Positions 1-13,600 of a stretch of DNA of 64,000 nucleotides are shown in pieces (position 1 is the stretch's first letter; every line of letters starts with the position of its first letter). Below the pieces are notes generated by a model, which saw nothing but the letters and a program-made list of their open reading frames with translations, did not search any database and was not told the origin of the DNA. Position numbers and translations under genes: made by a program. Source of the DNA: Flectonema sp. DT1601 (Eukaryota); NCBI GenBank assembly GCA_964019425.1, contig OZ025780.1, positions 1,054,001 to 1,118,000 of the forward strand, in the 5' to 3' direction.

Positions 1-25
1 AGGTACAACTGGACAAGTTTTAGTA

Positions 26-3000
26 ATGATGGGTTTTATATTTTTAATTGGTTTGATATGGTGGGGGTTGATAAACGCTGTAGTCGCTGGTGAACACGCT
101 AAACATAAGCGAGTGAGACCAACTTCAGATGCTAAAGACATAATTGAATCAACTGAAGGACTCTCATGGGATATTGTATACGAACGACACCGTCATCAGA
201 TTGGATGGGTTCTTGAAACTGAGGGTGACTTATACAATGTTGGGTTTCCTGATGGTACATCCAAATGGTACCCATCACACGCAGTCGCAAAAGTTGATAC
301 GCAACTTCCAAAAAACAATAAAAGTGATCTCAGTCATCAAAAAAGACATCGCGGAGCAGACTTATCAGAAAACTCTAACGACGATGACGAACATAAACCT
401 CGCAGACGAAGTCGAAGAGATCCTCACTCAAGAGAATCCGTCAACAACGACAATGAAATGGAACAGGAAGAGGACTCTGATCAAAGTGAAATAAAACCAA
501 CAAAACATTATAAAAAACCAAAAATACCCTTACACAAATCAGTTAAAAACATTCACAAAAACGAAGATAGCAACAGTGAAGGCAGCGATGAAATTATAAA
601 ACCAGTTCACAAATCGCATTCTACTGATGCTGTGAAACACATCAAAAAACATATGAAAAAGCCAACACACCACAATGTTGAAAAAGAGGAAGAGGAAGAA
701 GAAAACCTTCACAAAAACGAAGATAGCAACAGTGAAAGCAGCGATGAAATTATAAAACCAGTTCACAAATCGCATTCTACTGATGCTGTGAAACACATTA
801 AAAAACATACAAAAAAGACAACACACCACAAGGAAAGTGATGTTGAAAAAGAGGAAGATGATGAAGTTCAACATGTTGATGTAAAAAAACACAAACAGCA
901 TTCTAAAATATCTAATCTGGACCTGTCAACCAACAGACCTCATCACAGAGAATCATGTCAATATCCTGCATTACATGATTATAAATGGAAAGAAAAGTTT
1001 GGATGGGGAATTAAGAAAGAATTTCCATCATGCAGAACTGATGAATCCCCTTTTGCAACAATCTCATACCCGTATGAGTCGTCTAAGGATATTCCAGAAA
1101 CATTCTCATTCGATAACGGAATAGAAGTTTCGTTCAATTCTAATGATCGACAGGTTACTATTGGTGAATATGGTGTTATTTCAAATACAGTTCTCGTTCG
1201 AACTCAACAAAAGGGAAACGTCAAATACCATCTTCGCGTCAATGATGAAGTGTCTGGGGATGGGGACGGTGTTAGTATTATTGAGAGTGACTTTGAGAAG
1301 TTACAAAATTTAAAAAAAATGTTAAAAAAGTGTGGAATTCCTCACACGATACCAAAGTTCGCAACGATTGACATGACGGGATGCCAGGCTTCGAAGGTTT
1401 TTGGAATCCAAGAGCTGTCAGATTCTTATTTTAAAAAATTACACTCAACAGTAGACGCAGAGAGAAGACAAAATCAACTTAAGGCAGCCTATGCGTCGCC
1501 TTCAAGACTCGAAAAGTCTGAAGAATATCATGAAATTCATGGTTCATTCACCCACATAGTGGAACCGTATATCATTGCGTACTGCAGTAGTAGTAAATAT
1601 GAAATATTTATAAATTTGGATAGCGCTGCTTGGGTGGGTGAGAAGAAGTCAACGAAACCGAAATTGAACATCGCCCATGTGATGTTTGATTCGACTTCAT
1701 TAGCTGCTCTTATCAGGGCTTGTCCTAAAATTATAAAAAAGTTGGAAGACATCGATTCTAAACCAGACTCACCTAGTAGAGTATTCTCATTCAAACACCT
1801 CCACGCTGTTAGCTGTTGCTCTCCTGGAAATCAAATTCCAATGTACAGCGGAAGGATGAATGGTGAGGGTAGTCCATTTGTATTGGCAGAACCAAATCAA
1901 AAATCTGACAACTGGCTTTGGAACATCGCCAAACATCATAATTACAACACATATTTCTCTTTAGACAATTGCCCTGATAAATCTGCTAGAGATTTCCAAG
2001 CTTGGCCAAGTGTTGATCACAGAGTAGTAGCGCCAATGTGTTTGGCAGGTATCCTTCTCAGTCATAAAGAGAGAACATGTCTTGGACAGGAACCGATTGA
2101 TAATTATGTTTTCGATTCATTGAAACAATTTTGGGATTTATATCCCGACAGTCCAAAGTATGCTGCAGCTCAATTGATAACACCTCACGAGGAGACTGAG
2201 AAACTCTTAATCGAACTCGACGATCCGATGACTTCTTACCTGTCTCATCTTGAAGAGACTGGCGCCTTAAACAACACAGCTGTCGTATTCTTTTCTGATC
2301 ACGGTATTAACTTTGGTAGATACGCTGCGACACATGATGGTGAAATTGATAAAATGTTTCCATTTGTTCATGTCATCCTACCAAAGTGGTTGGATGGTGC
2401 TTTTGATTTCTCTTCTTTACGAAGTAATGAAGACGCGTTAATAACTCCGTATGACGTTCATCAGTTGCTTAGAGAACTCGTTGCGTATCCCGACCCTGCT
2501 CCTCCTTATCATATTGACGATAGTGATCCACCGTTACCGAAACCAGAACATTCTCATATTGTTGCTTCTATGAAAAAATTACAAAAATTTGAAAATATTG
2601 GTCACTCCGTTGTTAGTCCAGACAGGGGTTGTTCAGAAGCAAATATTCCTCCAGAGTTTTGTACTTGTCTTGCGTGGGTTGGTGTTCCCGATTGGAAAGC
2701 AAAATTTCAAAAACAGATCGACGGAGTAATTGAAACACACACACAAATCATATCCGATCTACCTCAATGTAATTCTATCTCACTCACGTCAGTTGAGTCT
2801 GTTGACATTCAAGTCTGGCCTACTGAATACCATCCAAAGGAACAACCCAAATCAAAGAAAATATGGATGGCACCCAACAGAGACATGCTTCGTATTCAAT
2901 ACAAAGCATCTGGTGGTCTTTTTGAAGCCATGCTGAGCCTTTTAAAGAATGATTACAACTCTTTTGAGGTGTCTTTACTTACAAGAATCGATGCGATGAA

Positions 3001-3073
3001 ATCGAAGTGTGGAGTCACTGAAAAGAAAGCTGAACTTCTCTGTATCTGCAAAGAAGAAGAAAACACTGAATAA
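26..3073 (+). CDS. Secreted or membrane-anchored DUF229-like (alkaline phosphatase/sulfatase superfamily) protein with a His/Lys/Glu-rich low-complexity N-terminal region
   Basis: 1015-aa ORF with a hydrophobic N-terminus (signal peptide-like). Motifs NIAHVMFDS, NNTAVVFFSDHG, PFVHVILPKW, NEDALITPYDVH and RGCSEANIPPEFCTC match my recollection of the DUF229 pattern. Confidence 0.75.
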   Translation: MMGFIFLIGLIWWGLINAVVAGEHAKHKRVRPTSDAKDIIESTEGLSWDIVYERHRHQIGWVLETEGDLYNVGFPDGTSKWYPSHAVAKVDTQLPKNNKSDLSHQKRHRGADLSENSNDDDEHKPRRRSRRDPHSRESVNNDNEMEQEEDSDQSEIKPTKHYKKPKIPLHKSVKNIHKNEDSNSEGSDEIIKPVHKSHSTDAVKHIKKHMKKPTHHNVEKEEEEEENLHKNEDSNSESSDEIIKPVHKSHSTDAVKHIKKHTKKTTHHKESDVEKEEDDEVQHVDVKKHKQHSKISNLDLSTNRPHHRESCQYPALHDYKWKEKFGWGIKKEFPSCRTDESPFATISYPYESSKDIPETFSFDNGIEVSFNSNDRQVTIGEYGVISNTVLVRTQQKGNVKYHLRVNDEVSGDGDGVSIIESDFEKLQNLKKMLKKCGIPHTIPKFATIDMTGCQASKVFGIQELSDSYFKKLHSTVDAERRQNQLKAAYASPSRLEKSEEYHEIHGSFTHIVEPYIIAYCSSSKYEIFINLDSAAWVGEKKSTKPKLNIAHVMFDSTSLAALIRACPKIIKKLEDIDSKPDSPSRVFSFKHLHAVSCCSPGNQIPMYSGRMNGEGSPFVLAEPNQKSDNWLWNIAKHHNYNTYFSLDNCPDKSARDFQAWPSVDHRVVAPMCLAGILLSHKERTCLGQEPIDNYVFDSLKQFWDLYPDSPKYAAAQLITPHEETEKLLIELDDPMTSYLSHLEETGALNNTAVVFFSDHGINFGRYAATHDGEIDKMFPFVHVILPKWLDGAFDFSSLRSNEDALITPYDVHQLLRELVAYPDPAPPYHIDDSDPPLPKPEHSHIVASMKKLQKFENIGHSVVSPDRGCSEANIPPEFCTCLAWVGVPDWKAKFQKQIDGVIETHTQIISDLPQCNSISLTSVESVDIQVWPTEYHPKEQPKSKKIWMAPNRDMLRIQYKASGGLFEAMLSLLKNDYNSFEVSLLTRIDAMKSKCGVTEKKAELLCICKEEENTE
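552..860 (+). repeat. Intragenic tandem duplication, 156-nt (52-aa) period
   Basis: ttcacaaaaacgaagatagcaacagtgaa...gctgtgaaacacat starts at 552 and again at 708, near-identical. The peptide HKNEDSNSE.SDEIIKPVHKSHSTDAVKHIKKH occurs twice. Confidence 0.95.
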
Positions 3074-3332
3074 ATATTTTGTTCTTATACACACGGCATT
3101 TTATACAGACTTAGAGAGGAGCAAAGAGAAATGGAAGGAAAAAAAAAAAAAAAACAGATCGATTATTGTTGCCAATTGAAAAACTCTAAAGAGAACAGTA
3201 CGGTCGCCTTAACGGTAAGCAAACCTCACACTAACTTGCCTTATTTTATATTGAGTATAGAACCTTCGAAGAAGGTGTCTGGGAGAAAAAAAAAAAAAAA
3301 TAATAAAAAAAAATATAAAAAGTCTGCAGTAA

Positions 3333-4877
<1,545 letters not shown>

Positions 4878-5180
4878 AGGTTTTATTGTGTTCCTTAAAT
4901 TATTATTATTTGCTGTTGTCGTATGCGACTTGGTGTGAGCTACCAATCCAAAAAAAAAAAAAAAAAAGTTAAAGGTTTATTTGAACGCTTTATCAGTCAG
5001 TGCTTGGGGAATATTATTTTTTCCGTTCAATTCACTCCCCTTAACCCCCCTTAATAATTCGTCCTTTTTTTTTTTTTTTTTCTTTCCAAATTCCTATTTT
5101 TTAGTACAATGCCTGAGTTTAAGCATCAGTTTCGGTTGACCAAAACTAACTTTGGTTTTTAACATTTCCTTTTTTTTTTT

Positions 5181-5299
5181 GTACCTACCAAACCAATTGT
5201 TCGGTAGAAAGAGAATTGTGGGCAGCGTAACTAACCTTTTCCTTTATAAGGATTTTGCACCGGTTCTCTGCCCCAAGTAAAACAAAAGTGTTGAGTTGG
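5181..5299 (+). repeat. Dispersed repeat family A, copy 1
   Basis: (T)n-gtacctac..acc.attgttcggtagaaagagaattgtgg(g)cagcgtaacta.cct.ttcctttat.aggatttt is near-identical to 33220-33331. Confidence 0.92.
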
Positions 5300-5892
5300 T
5301 TTTCTATGATTCGTATTGCCTACTGCTGTAGTTTTGTGTTATGTCTAGTGAACATCACGTAGTCGGTAGCAGTAACACGAACTGAACCCTTACACTTGTT
5401 GAGAGAGGTAGTCACCACCGTGTGATGGTTTTCACCATCGTGCCTTCCAGAATATATTGGCATGTGTGTAGCTCAGACGAGTCTGATAACTACTGCCTGA
5501 AATGTATGGCATTGAGAACAGCCCCGTCGGGTGTATTAAGGAAACGATTTCACTGATTCGCTTTCTTTAATATAAAAAAAAAAAAAAAGAACACGGGTAT
5601 TCGACCCCTGTGGAGAACACAGATGGTTGTTTTATTTATTTCATTTTTTTTTTTTTTAAATATTTTTATTTTATAAATTGTTGGCCCTCTTTGTTGTCTG
5701 TTGCTCGAAATAGCAACACTCCTATCAGTTTTTGTGGGAAATTTGAAAAAAAAAAAAAAAGGTTTTTGGTATTTTCCCTTTTGTTCGAAAGGGAAAAGAA
5801 GAAGAAAAAAAAAAAAAAAAAAAAAAAAAACCGACCATCAGAAAGGCCAGCAAAGTCTAAACTTAACCTTTATAAAAAAATAACGAAAAGAC

Positions 5893-5923
<31 letters not shown>

Positions 5924-6169
5924 AAGAAAGTGGGAGAACACCCATGTTCTTACAATTAATATTCAGGTCATTCTGTTTTTTTTTTTTTTTTAAAAACTCT
6001 TCATTATAATCGAAAAGTTATGTTTTTTTTGTTTTAAAACAGCTTCTCTAAAATGATTCCGAGTCCTGAGTACACTTAAGATGGTGGAGACGCTGTGATT
6101 GAGTTCTCTTTTTATTTTAATTATAACATCCCCTTCACAGCTATAACCTCTCCCGTTTTTACTAAAACA

Positions 6170-6487
6170 ATGCCACAGTCCGGAAAGGCCGTTTCAAAGT
6201 CGAAGACCGTCCGTGGAGGAGGATCAAAGAGAAAGTCTGACAACCTCAAGAGAGGACCAAAGTCCATCACCAAGGGTTCCATTCGTAGAATCGCCAGAAG
6301 AGGAGGATGTCGTCGTCTTGCTGGATCAGTCTACGATGAGGCGAGAAACATTTTGACCACCTTCGTTGACAACGTCATGAGCGACACTGCCGCTCTTCTT
6401 GAGATGACAAACAGAAGAACTGTTCGTGCGTCAGATGTTCTATTCGCTCTTAAGAAGCAGGGACGTACCTTGTACGCTGTCGCATAA
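6170..6487 (+). CDS. Divergent histone H4 (H4 variant-like), 105 aa
   Basis: ATG at 6170 follows a candidate acceptor cccttcacag (AG ends 6140). ITKGSIRRIARRGG...RRTVRASDVLFALKKQGRTLY aligns to the H4 histone fold. Confidence 0.9.
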   Translation: MPQSGKAVSKSKTVRGGGSKRKSDNLKRGPKSITKGSIRRIARRGGCRRLAGSVYDEARNILTTFVDNVMSDTAALLEMTNRRTVRASDVLFALKKQGRTLYAVA

Positions 6488-6731
6488 GCGAGCGGGAGAT
6501 GGAAAAAAATAATAATAAAAAAAGATAATCCCTCTCTACCCAACCAAGTCTGCGGACCTGTCCGCCGGTGGATATAACCACCTGGTTGGATTGAAAATAA
6601 AATTAATTGACATCAGTCAACCCTTTCTTGTATTACTTTATTACTTACTTACAGAATACATATCAGATTACTCAAGGGTGCGTGCTATGTTTCATCCAAG
6701 TCGTGTTTAATCAAAAGAAGGTAACTGTGTA

Positions 6732-7799
6732 TTGAGTAATGGAGTTACTGTTACTGGTCGCAAGCCAACACGTTATTTTAAAACAGATGTTCCAAACACA
6801 ATGATCCATGGAGGGGGGAGATCACGAGATGTTTCTCCGCACAGGATGAGAATCCAGTGGGATGTTGGAAGACATGTCTCACCTCCAAGACCACGAAATG
6901 ATCAACCAAGACCATCAGGAAGGCGATCAATCTCAGCAGGACCAACACGAGACAGCAGAATAGGACGCAGGACAATCACACCAATTAGATCACAGTACCG
7001 ACCTTCTCGTGTTGAAGGTTGTTCTAAAAGAAGAAGAAATGAAAGTCAACTAGTAATGGCTGGCGGTGTTATGATGAGCTCCAACAGACAAACTCGTAAA
7101 GAAGAGAATGCCTGTGCGGTTCGTGAAAGGCAGCTTGACAGAGCTTGGAAAGAGAAGGAAGGAAAGTCTCCAACAGCAGCAATGAGAAGGAAAGTGAGAT
7201 CGAGAAGTAAACCTTACGTTGAAACTGTTGATTTGAGAGTCGTATCTCCTGAGTTGGGGTTCTTACAATCTGAAATACCTCCTCAGATGATTCCTTCTAT
7301 ATCTGTTCCAATGACCTCTCCATTAGAAATACCTCCTCCAATGGTTGCTTATGATTACGGAGGTCTTCATGTTGTTGAAGAACCTATTCATACAACAGAA
7401 ATTGATTTGTTTCACTTACGTAGTCAGCAATTATTAGGTCTTTACCCAACTCCTTCTATTGCGACTTGTGTATCACCACCACCACCTTCACTTCCTAAAG
7501 AACATTATCGATCAATACTTCAAGGTGATATGGATCCGATGTTGCCTACTCCTAGTTCTAATGCTGGTCAGTTCCTCCTCAGTCCACATGCCCCGCTGCC
7601 GCAAAAACTTCGTCGGCAAAATCGATTTGAAGCCCCGTCTCCTGAAGATGCTGGAGCTATTGCTGGGAGGAAATTATATTCTCCAGCTGCTCCACTTCAG
7701 ACGAGGAACTGTTCTCCAGAGAGGGGTGTGACACAGGATGATGCTATCACAAAGCTTCTGAAGTCTTATAAAACTACGCATCTAAGTGGGAGGATGTGA
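6732..7799 (+). CDS. Hypothetical Arg/Ser/Pro-rich, probably disordered protein (start uncertain; first ATG at 6801)
   Basis: 1-kb open frame with coding-like composition in AT-rich surroundings. No recognisable domain. Confidence 0.6.
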   Translation: MSNGVTVTGRKPTRYFKTDVPNTMIHGGGRSRDVSPHRMRIQWDVGRHVSPPRPRNDQPRPSGRRSISAGPTRDSRIGRRTITPIRSQYRPSRVEGCSKRRRNESQLVMAGGVMMSSNRQTRKEENACAVRERQLDRAWKEKEGKSPTAAMRRKVRSRSKPYVETVDLRVVSPELGFLQSEIPPQMIPSISVPMTSPLEIPPPMVAYDYGGLHVVEEPIHTTEIDLFHLRSQQLLGLYPTPSIATCVSPPPPSLPKEHYRSILQGDMDPMLPTPSSNAGQFLLSPHAPLPQKLRRQNRFEAPSPEDAGAIAGRKLYSPAAPLQTRNCSPERGVTQDDAITKLLKSYKTTHLSGRM

Positions 7800-8131
7800 A
7801 GTTCGATTCTACTCTTGTGTTTCTTTTTTTTTTGTAATCTGTTCTTGTAGCTTTCAATATAGAAATGTTTTTATTGTTTGAACAAATGTTGTTGTCTTTT
7901 TTTTTAATTATTTTTTTAGAATAACCTGTAGGGCAACACACACGGTTTTCTTAAGGTAAAATACTCTCTTGTTTCTTTTATCTTAAATCTGAAACGTTCG
8001 TTGTTGCCAATTTCAGCGAAACATATTCCGTCTTCAGTTAGAGTTTGTTAATACCTTTTTTTCATTCTTTAATAGGATATCTTCTTCCTCCTTTTTTTTA
8101 AAAACAAAAAACAAAAAACCCAACTTACAAA

Positions 8132-8950
8132 ATGGAACAAGTCTCACTTATCGAACATCCACCGAAGCCATACGTGATGAATTCAGGTCAACGTAAGAAG
8201 CTAATGATGGAACACAAACCAAAGTGTTTGTGGTACTGTTATGAAACTGAAGTAAAAGCTGATAGTTGGAATGGACCTCAAGTCATGAAAATTCAAAGAA
8301 CGTGTTTGGATTGTATTTTATTTCCGTGTCTCGGTAACAGAGTCACTGTAACAGGATCTGTAGCTGGAAAGATTAAGTACGATGTGAACCTTGGTGGTTC
8401 ATCATCTTCATTCTTAAGTAGTAGTCATGGTGGAGCTGTAGACTCAATGTCTCTGAACTCTATGACTAATCCTCTTGCATGGGTTTTAAGTACTGCTTAT
8501 GCTGGTTGTTTTTCTCGTTGGAACTTTTACACGCAATCACCGAATGTTGATTTTTTCGTCGCAAGCGGAGCTGATGGTTCCGAGTCTCTTGGAATTCACA
8601 GCGACCATGAATACGTCGCAGTGAAGTCTTGTTGTTCAAAGGGACGAATCGGATGTTGTGGTTGTCTCTCTGTGATTTGTTGTCCATCGAGTGACTACAA
8701 GACAACTGTCGTACACGGATCTCGTTTAGATAATGGTCCCCCAATCGGTAGTCTCTCTTCTGGTAGTAATGGAAGCTGTTTCTGTCCTCGTTTTGGAGGT
8801 GTTGCTGACATCCCTGCCAATGCTTCTCCTGAGGATATGGTCCAATGGACAATGTTGTGGGGAGAGACGATGTCGAACTCTGGATTCTCCCGCTACAAAG
8901 GAAACTGGAAAAACAAGACCAAGATCTCAGATGTACAACAGATGGTTTAA
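8132..8950 (+). CDS. Cys-rich hypothetical protein, possibly phospholipid-scramblase-like
   Basis: 272-aa ATG ORF with multiple CC/CxC clusters (CLDCILFPC, SCCSKGRIGCCGCLSVICCP, SCFCP). The C-terminal IPANASPED plus hydrophobic helix is reminiscent of the scramblase layout; the family call is weak. Confidence 0.6.
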   Translation: MEQVSLIEHPPKPYVMNSGQRKKLMMEHKPKCLWYCYETEVKADSWNGPQVMKIQRTCLDCILFPCLGNRVTVTGSVAGKIKYDVNLGGSSSSFLSSSHGGAVDSMSLNSMTNPLAWVLSTAYAGCFSRWNFYTQSPNVDFFVASGADGSESLGIHSDHEYVAVKSCCSKGRIGCCGCLSVICCPSSDYKTTVVHGSRLDNGPPIGSLSSGSNGSCFCPRFGGVADIPANASPEDMVQWTMLWGETMSNSGFSRYKGNWKNKTKISDVQQMV

Positions 8951-9192
8951 AAAGGAATTTATGTGCTTTTCATCTGGGGGGATAACCCCAAAGGAGACAC
9001 AATCATAATAAAGAAAAGAAAAGAAAAATAAAAGCCAGCGTGTCTCAATGTTTATAATCGATCGAGTTGTCTATTTTGCTGCTTCAGAACCGTCTTCTTC
9101 ATGCGAAATAAGAACCTCGTCGATTACTTAAAAGTTTGCATCTCCTCCTCCCCATTCCCAAACGCACACGATCGCCAAGAAATCAGAACGGG

Positions 9193-9223
<31 letters not shown>

Positions 9224-10300
9224 GAAATGTAGGTTTTTGTAGAAAAAAAAAAAAATGCAGTTTGTTTTGATTCCACTCGGAGCAACGGCTTCACTACTTT
9301 TTTACTTTTTTCCAAAAAAAAAAAGAAAGTAGAAGGGTGAGTGCATACGACACTTCTTCGCTTTTTCCCATATTTGAATTATCCATTCTTGTCCTTAATT
9401 CACTATCAATTTGGTTTTCTTTAGCAAAAAAAAAAAAAAAAAAAAAAGTTTGACAGGGTCATTCTGTGCAAACAAAAAAAAAAGATTTTAATATTTGACG
9501 TATTTTGTAGCTTACCTTTGGGTAGCTTTTCCAAAATCACTACCTTTTTGCATTATGGAGAAAAGAAAAACACAGGTTCTGGGCAAATGAATTCTGGGGA
9601 GGTACACGTAAACCTTCTCTTCAAGAATTGTTGTTGCCTTGCCTGATTCGAGATTTTTCTTTTTCTTTTATTTTGTTGGTACACCATTTTCAAAAGAAAA
9701 TATATAAGCAGGACTTTTTTCTTTTTTTTCGATTTTTTTTTATCCTTAACACGACTGCGAATACGTCGCTCCCTTCCGTAGTGAGGGGAAACAGTATTTT
9801 TCTTTTCCAGAGGGTCACCCCATGGTGCTTTATACTGCTTTAGAAGGAAATAAAATTAAAAATAATCAACACGCGGTGTTTACTCTTATCTTGACCTTTG
9901 TTTTCCAGTGTTGATTGTTAGTTGTGTTGTTGTAGCAGTATCTCTCTATGCTTTTCTCAGTTAATTCACAAGACTACTGCTTTAATTGATATTTCGTGTG
10001 TTACAGCAGGAATGATCTTTTTTTGCAGTTGGTGGACTAATCTGTTGGAAAGGTTGATGAAATTTCATAAAAAAAAGAAAATCAAAATGAAAAAAAGAAA
10101 GTCACCTCCAGGCATCGGTTTTGTTAAAACTTTTGCCAATCCTATCCTATTTTTCTTATCTTACATTATAAACGTATCTCTTTTTTTTTATTTTAAAAAC
10201 CCCACGTGAAAACTACCTTTACTTTTACTTGTTGCCTCTCTCTTTACTTTTTATATTTCTTTTCAAACTAAAAATCATTTTTAATTTTTATTTCTACAAT

Positions 10301-10570
10301 GATTGTTTATTTCTTGACGAGACGAAAAAAGGTGAAAAACCTACACTCTGCCGTATTACATTATACCTCTCTGGTTTTGGTTTCCCCAGGGCTCACGCAA
10401 CACACGGGAAAAAAGAGATGTGCATTAATATAATGTTAAGTATTTACGTCAATTGCAGAGTGTTTGCCTCCCCTTAGTCGAATGTATCGTAGCGGATCAC
10501 ATGTGATTTAGCTAACTGATACAATTCAGAGATTTTATATTCGTACGAGTCCATTCAAACATATCTCCCC
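10301..10570 (+). repeat. Dispersed structured repeat family D, copy 1
   Basis: Blocks gattgtttatttcttgacgagac, ctacactctgc.gtattacattatacc, ctggttttggtttccc, tacgtcaattgcagagtgtt and cagagattt(t)atattcgta are shared with 40010-40530. Confidence 0.9.
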
Positions 10571-10673
10571 TTTGGGAAACTAACTATAATGTGTTAACCA
10601 GTTTACCTGTTGTTGTGTTGTTAAAACTTTTTTTTTTAAAACTCTCTTACACAGCTCATGACTGGTTGTCGAA

Positions 10674-13600
10674 ATGGGAAAAGTAGCAGATGGACTGCAA
10701 AAAGTACTAAAAATATCTGAGGATCTCAACAAGCTACGACAGAATGAAGAGCTTCAAGCAGCGGCAAGAGAGATCCTCGGTGACGAAACTATTGAGTCTG
10801 CACAACAAGAAATTGCTGGGACGTTAAAGTCTATAAAAAGTATAAAAAAGCAAGTGACCGCTAAGAAGAATGAATTAGAAAGAGATGGCGTCTTTGAGAA
10901 GATTTCTAAAACTTCGAATTGGGTGACCGAAAGGGGATTCGAGAAGATATCCAACATGAAAAGTTCTTCTCAACAAAACGATGGTTTTGAAAAAATGACC
11001 TCACCAACCACCTCCATACAAGGTTATATTAAAAGAAAAGTCGACGATACCGGATTTGAGAAATTCTCAGCAAGCACACCAGTAACAAAACTCCGTGAGA
11101 GAGGAACAGCCTTTTCCGCAACTGTAAAAGAAAAAGCAAACACGTCAAGCTTACAATCCATTACAGAACAGGTCCGTGCTCAGGGATCAAATTTAAACAT
11201 CCAAGCAATAAAAAACCACGGCGCCATCCTCACTGAGAAACTGATGGAACAAGGCAGCCCTGCCTTATCAAGCAAAGGAAACGCATTTGCTGAAAAAATG
11301 CGAGTTCAGGGTTCGAACCTGAGCATCGAAGCTATTAAAACCCACGGAACGAGTTTGGCGGAGAAGCTTGGCAGTCCTGGAAGCCCCGTCACTGTTGAGT
11401 CTCTTAAGAATCAAGGTACTGTGATGACAAGTAGGTTTACTGGACAAAGCCCTACGCAACTTTATGAGCGGGGTGTCACCTTTGCAGAAAAGGTATCACC
11501 GTCTAGCATCGAGTCGTTGAAAAACCATGGAACGGCAATGGCTGAGAAGTTTAGGGAACCTTCACAATATCGTGAAAAAAGTGCGAGTTTTGTACATAAA
11601 ATCAGCCAAGGGGCTGAAATACTGAGAGACCAAAACACTGCTCAACTTATTGAGAAGGGAGTCAGTCTTTCTGCGAGTGCTTCAAAGTTTAAAGATACAA
11701 ATCATCTCTTCGAAACTGGAGCATCCCTAGCAATAAGAACTATGAGAGACAGAAGCCCATCACAGACTGCAGCAAGTCTGGTTGCTGACCCTACGAGTAT
11801 CGCTCATAAGATTGGAAAAACTGCACTCACGGGAAAGTTAAATCAGATTCCAGTTCTTGGTGTGGTATCGGAAGTTGCTACTTTTACATCAACAATTCCG
11901 GGTCTCAACTTAGCTGTGTTACCCAAAGCAGACTCTCCAACCACAACTGATATTGATAATTTAAAGAAACACTCTCTTAGTCCTCGACTCATGAGTGATC
12001 CAGTTCGTAAAAAGGGAGCTGCGTTAGTTGAAAAGATCAAACAGACTGGTGCGAGACCTGAAAACGAAAAACTAACCAACTCATCTAGGAACACTATTCC
12101 AAATACAAATGAAACTGAATCAAAGTCACTCGTTGATAAAATAAAAGAAAGCGGAACAAAACTACACGCTGACTCAATTAAGAATCAGGTCATTAGTAGA
12201 TTCTCCAGCGGAAGTGGAGGAGAAGGTCATAACGAGTCCAACGGAACCTCTCTTGTGAATAAAATCAAAGAAAATACCAACAAACTAAACACTGAAGCTA
12301 TAAAGAGTCAGGTGACTAACTCTCTCAAACTATCAACCAATGGAGAAGGAGAATCAAAGTCCTTAATAGACACAATTAAAGAGAAAGACCTCATCAACAA
12401 GTTCAAGGAAGGCACCAGCAACCTCAACACTGAAGTGATAAAAAGTCAGGTCAGTAGCTCTCTCGGACTTGCAAATGACGGCGAAGGAGAATCAAAATCT
12501 TTAATGGATAATATAAAAGAAAGAGACATCGTAAATAAATTCAAAGAAGGAATCAACGCTGAATCAATAAAGACTCAAGTCAGCACTACCTTTGGGCTTT
12601 CCAACAACGAATTAGAAAATAGAAATCGGAGTCAATCTCTCGTTGATAAAATCAAAGGAGGTGCTGCAAAGTTGGATGCAGTGGCGAACGACAACTCTCT
12701 CGTCAATAAAATTAAACAAAACACCAACAAGCTAAATACTGGAGCTATTAAGGAACAGGTCAGTGCTTCTCTCAAACTGTCAACCAAAGGAGAAGGAGAA
12801 TCAAAGTCCTTAATAGACACAATTAAAGAGAAAGACCTCATTAACAAGTTCAAGGAAGGCACCAGCAACCTCAACACTGAAGTGATAAAAAGTCAGGTCA
12901 GTAGCTCTCTCGGACTTGCAAATGACGGAGATGGAGAATCGAAGTCACTCGTCGATAAAATAAAAGAAAATGGAACAAAACTTAAAACCAACACTATTAA
13001 AGAGAAACTCGTGAAATCACTCGGAATGCGTAACGGTGAAGACATCCAACAGGTTGAAGACGGCAGTCAAATAATAATAACAACTGAGCTCTCATCAGAC
13101 CCAAATACAACACCTCAATCAGCTACTAAACAAGATGGAGGATTACTTATTGATGATTTGATTACAGCTGAGAAGAGACCAAGTTTCTTACAGCAACGAA
13201 GACCATCTCAGATTGATACAAATAACTTAGATCAGACTCTTAGTAGTTATCAGTCAGAGAGTCCTTTATTGTCTCCTGATCTTCAATATTGTAGTGCTCC
13301 TGTTCCAACTGAAAGGAAATCATCAAAACCAGATGACGATCTACTAAAACCTGTCAGTGGTGTTGGTGTTGGTGATACTGACGAAGGAAGTCATGTCGTA
13401 TCTCATGACTCATCAAGTGCAGAAGATAAGTTTTCTTTATCACCTCACGCAGTGTCTTCTAACATAACACCATCACAGTCAGACTTCTCACCGTTGTTGG
13501 ACGCTGCTAGAAGTCTTCTTGTTGAGTCTGCAGCATCGTCAGGTGATAATTTACGAGAACTGTTTCAAGGTGATGCACAACTTGGTGACACAGTGAAAAG

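Noticed and set aside
539..901. Minus-strand and alternative-frame ORFs overlapping long genes (e.g. 539, 3798, 8466, 13565, 47089)
   Set aside because: Antisense shadows of well-supported + strand CDSs with no independent motifs.
5592..5620. gggtattcgacccctgtgg tRNA T-arm-like sequence
   Set aside because: Isolated partial motif preceded by poly-A; no cloverleaf.
5610..5993. Poly-Lys/poly-Phe ORFs here and at e.g. 3131, 32964, 38189, 42070, 49702 and 56767
   Set aside because: They are translations of A/T homopolymer tracts in intergenic DNA and lack coding-like composition.
6687..6734. In-frame ATG (6687) separated from the 6732 ORF by TAA (6708), suggesting stop-codon reassignment or readthrough
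   Set aside because: TAA, TAG and TGA all terminate genes here (H4 TAA, RUVBL2 TAG, chitobiase TGA) and the long ORFs have no internal stops; a single case is not evidence.
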